Part shown: piece by piece, positions 59,400-64,000 of the stretch
Position numbering within the stretch: the stretch's first letter is position 1
How the letters are laid out: each line of letters opens with the position of its first letter
DNA from: the human T2T-CHM13v2.0 reference genome, Homo sapiens
Assembly (NCBI RefSeq): GCF_009914755.1
Contig: NC_060929.1
DNA: 64,000 nt
Direction: 5' to 3' (one strand)
The notes under the pieces: generated by a model
Told to the model about the DNA's origin: nothing
Databases searched by the model: none
What the model saw: the letters and a program-made list of their open reading frames with translations, nothing else
Translations under genes and position numbers: made by a program

Positions 59400-61440
59400 A
59401 ACTACACTATCTCTGTTTGCTAATGATATGATGGTATGCCTAGAAAACCCTAATGACTCTTCCAAAAGACTCCTAGATTTGATAAATGAATTCAGTAAAG
59501 TCTCAGGTTACAAAATCAATGTACACAAATCAGTAGCATTGCTATACACCAACAACAATCAAGCTGAGAATCAAATCAAGAACTCAATCTCTTTTACAAC
59601 AGCTGCAAAAAATACAATACAATACAATACAAAACAATACAATACAATTCAACACCTAGGAATACCTCTAACCAAGGAGGTAAAAGATCTCTACAAGGAG
59701 AACTATGAAACACTGCTGAAAGAAATCATAGATGACACAAACAAATGAAAATACATCTCAGTCAGGCTCATGGACTTCATAATTCAATATCATGACAATG
59801 ACCATACTGCCCAAAGCAGATAACAGATTCAATGAAATTCCCGTCAAATTAACAACATCATTTTTACAAAGAATTAGAGAAAATAATCCTAAAATTATAT
59901 GGAATCCCAAAAGTACCTGAATAGCCAAAACAATCCCAAGCAAAAAAAGTACAAATCTGAAGAAATCACATAACCCAACTCAAATTATACTACAAGGCTA
60001 TACTAACAAAACAGCATGGTGTTGATATAAAAGTAGATACACACACCAGTGGAAGAGAATATAGAATTCCCCCAAAAAACAAATAGTTACAACCAATTTG
60101 TCTTCACCAAAGCATGCAAAAACATATACTGGGAAAAGGACACACTATTCCATAAATGATTCTGGAAAAACTGGATAGTCACATGTAGAAGAACGAATCC
60201 TGCAGAGGAATAAATTTTGTGTATGGAGTTCTATCTCTTACCATATATACAAATAAACTTAAGATGAATTAAATACTTTAAGATCTGAAACCATTAACAT
60301 TTTAGAAGAAAATCTAGGAAAACCTCTTCTGGGCGTTGGTCTAGGCAAATAATTTATAACTAATAGCCCAAAAGCAAATTCAACAAAAACAAAAGTAAAT
60401 ACATGGGACCTAATTAAACTAGAAAGCTTCTGCATAGCGGAGAAATAGTCATCAGAGGGAACATATAACCCAAAGAATGGGAGAAAATATTTGCAAACTA
60501 TGCATTCAGCAAAGACCTCACATCCAGAATCCACAAATAACTCAAACATATCAGCAAGAAATAAACAAATAATCCTATGAAAAAGTGGGCAAATGATATG
60601 AATAGAAATTTCTCAAAAGAAGACATACAAATGGCCAACAAACATATGAAAAAATGCTCAACATTACTAATCATGAGGAAAATGGAAATTAAAACCACAA
60701 TAAGATACCACCTTACCCCAGGCAGGATGGCAAGTATTAAAAATTAAAAAAATAAAAATAAATAAATATAGGCATGGATGTGGTGAAAAGGGAACACTTA
60801 TACATGGCTGTTAGGAATGTAAATTAGTACAGCATTTGTGGAAAACAGTATGGAGATTTCTCAAAGAACTAAAAGTTGATCTATTATTCAATACAGAAAT
60901 TCTATGACTGGGTATCTACCCAAAGGAAAATAAGTCATTATAGCCAAAAGTCATCTGCATGCATATGTTTATTGCAGCAAAATTCACAAGTACAAAAACA
61001 TGCAACCAACGTAAGTGGCCATTAACTGATGAGTGGATAAAGAAAATATGGCACATATACACCACTGAATACTACTCATCCCTAAAACAGCATGAAATAA
61101 TACCTTTTGCAGCAATTTGAATGGAGCTGGAAGCTATTATTCTAAGTGAAGCAGCTCAGGGGTGAAAAACCAAATACCACGTGTTCCCACTTATTAAGTG
61201 GGAACTAACCTATGGGTACTCAAAGGCCTGCAGAGTGGTGTAATGGACACTGGAGACTCAGAAATAGAGAGGGTAGGAAGTAGGAATAAGAAACTCCATA
61301 TTGGGTACATTGTAGACTACTCAAGTGATGGGTGCACTAAAATTAGATTTTACCACGATACAATTTATCCATGTAACCAACAATAACTTGTACCTCTAAA
61401 GCTACTGATGGAAATAAAATTAAAATACAAATCAAAATTA
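59400..61440 (+). mobile_element. Older L1 (L1PB/L1MA-type), 5'-truncated, RT to 3' UTR; (AATAC)n at ~59611-59650
   Basis: [15 protein letters not shown]...[13 protein letters not shown]; 3' UTR 'caatttatccatgtaacc...gaaataaaa'. Confidence 0.93.
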
Positions 61441-61467
61441 AATATCTTTTATTACATCAAAGTTATA

Positions 61468-62175
61468 ATGTCCCAAAACCCTTGGAATCTCTGGAGTAAT
61501 AGGAGTGTCTTTTGTATGTTAATGAGATGACTGGTGGCTGGGGATCTCTACTAATTAGCTTCAAAGTGTGAGCTGCTTGCCAGGGAAATCAACCATATGA
61601 TTAGAGCATTGGAATTTTCAGGCCCACCCCTTCCACTTCCAGTGAGGGCAGAAAGGCTGAAGGCTTAGAAACCCAAAAGGACTGGGTTCAGGGAGCTTCC
61701 AGATCGCTGAGGATGTGGAGGCTCCTGGAGAGTGGCAAGCTTAGAGAGGGCATGGAAGCACTGTGCTCATCCCTACATGCCTCGCCTTATGCATCTCTTT
61801 CATCTTGGCGTTCACCTGTATTCCTTGTAATATACTTCTTGATAAATAGTTACATATAAATAAGGCGTTTTCCTAAGTTCTGTGAGCCACTCCAGCAAAT
61901 TAATTGAACCAAAGCAGGAAGTTATGGAAACTTTAATTCACTGAAGGTCATTCAGAAGTACAGGTCACAACCTGGGACTTGTGATTGGCATCTATAGTGG
62001 GAGACAGTTTAGTGGGACTGAGTCCTTAGTCTTGGTATCTGACAACTGCAGGCTGAAGGTATCAGAATTGAATTTAATTAGAGGACACCCAGCTGGTATC
62101 TGCTGGAGATGTGCTTGGTATGAGGGAAAATAACCCCACACATCTAGTGTCAGAAGTGTTGTGTTGAGTGGTATT
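61468..62175 (+). mobile_element. MER21-family LTR
   Basis: 'aaaacccttggaatctc...gtgtcttttgtatgttaatgagatgactggtggctgg...agttctgtgagccactccagcaaattaattgaacc'. Confidence 0.85.
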
Positions 62176-62900
62176 CAAATTTTTTCTTTTCTCTCTTAAA
62201 TATGTGTTGTTTCACTTTTGTTTATAAAGCAAAAAAAAAAAAATCACTTTCCACATATAATTTTTATTTCCTAGTAAAGGTCTTAATGATAACTGCTTAT
62301 CATTAAGCATAATGAAGCTACTACTTACAAAAATAAATCATAATAAATGCTGATTAATGTAAAGATAATCTATAAATGTAATTAATTAATATAATTGAAT
62401 TTAAATTTGCAGCAAAATCAATGAATCGGGCAAATAATTTTATTCACAAACATTAGATTGGATAAAATCTAATGAATTGATTTATTTTATGCATTTGTTA
62501 AACATCATTTAGATGCACTAAATTTTCTATTAAAATCAAAACTGAATGTAAAACCATCATTCACAATTTCAAACTTGAGTGTAATTTTTCTTGCTTTCCA
62601 TTTACTATGATATCACATTATAGATTTATGATTAATTTGAATTAAAATATGTTTTGAAACACTTAGATTTATTTGTTTCTAACCTGCTAGTAAGTTTCCA
62701 AATAAAATTATTTGCCCTTATTAAAATGCTGCATGTACTATCGGAATTAAAAAGTTATCCAATATCTATGTGTGTGAGGTTGCCTATGCTTCTATAGCTG
62801 GGCACCAGTCAATAACAAATATGTTCTTAGCCCCAACTCAGCAAGTTTAGATTATTTTTCAGCCTTAAAAATAGAAAAGAAAAAGACTCAACTCACATAA

Positions 62901-63256
<356 letters not shown>

Positions 63257-63444
63257 GGATTTTTTTGACTATAGAGTATTAATTTTTTAACAAAATTACT
63301 AGCCTAGGAACTGTCCAAAAGATAATTTTCAGAAATTAATTTAATTCTTATAAACGTCTAGTCCTGGAGAGTTTAAATGAAGCAACTTAGGAGACTGTTT
63401 ACCAGTAGTCTCTTCATGTCAATGATCATGTACTTTTTAGACTA

Positions 63445-63890
63445 CCGCTGTCAGACAGAAAGATAATACAAAGCCACATTTGTAACGTTATATTTTCTAG
63501 TAAGCATGCTGTGAGAGTAAAATGGGTGAAATTAATTGTGCTACAATATTTTATTTTAATTATATCCTAAATGATATCATTTCAACATGTAACCAACATA
63601 AAAAACTATTAATGTGATAGCTCACATTCTCTTTTTCATAGTAAGTCTTAAAAATCTGTGCACATTTTACGTTGATAGCACATTTCAATTTGAACACATT
63701 TTCAACAAAGTGAAATGTAATCTTAGCAAAAAAATTACAGTTGTGTTTAACAGAAAATTACATTACTTTAAAGCTCATGAATTAAAATTTAAATTAATTT
63801 AAATTGAATAAAGTTAAAATTTCACTTCCTCAGTTGCACTAGCTACATTTTAGCTGTTCAATTGACTCATGTGCTTACAGGCTACCACAC
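63445..63890. mobile_element. MER33/Charlie5-like hAT fossil
   Basis: 'gccacatttgtaa...tatcatttcaacatgtaa...cctcagttgcactagctacattt...ggctacc'. Confidence 0.8.
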
Positions 63891-64000
63891 CATACCTTAT
63901 GGTTCTAAACCAAGTAAGAGACCAGACAAATCTGAGTCTATTTCATGAATAATTCATCATTTTAAATAAAATACACTCCTAAATATACAATATTTCCCTC

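Overview
AT-rich, repeat-dominated primate genomic DNA, probably hominoid (AluYe-lineage diagnostics and a young L1PA). I find no intact cellular gene, RNA gene or CRISPR array. Every long ORF in the track comes from a transposon or a simple repeat. The main structure is a ~12 kb decayed class I (gamma-like) endogenous provirus at 1870-13892. It has HERV-W/HERV-9-like gag-pro-pol and an EnvV/EnvP(b)-like env. Its 5' end is anomalous: LTR head, then a copy of the env tail and PPT, then a second LTR. It carries an AluY in the 5' LTR and two nested LTR elements (THE1; MLT2A/HERV-L), each half-deleted together with host sequence. The ~730 bp pol-env spacer holds three small, once-interrupted ORFs with transmembrane-like cores, which are candidate fossil accessory genes and the best lead for an undescribed system. 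The rest of the window holds many Alus, L1 fragments (one clear twin-priming 5' inversion at 52995-56982), L2/MIR, MaLR LTRs, DNA-transposon fossils and tandem repeats. Subfamily names come from recalled consensus features, not from a database search.
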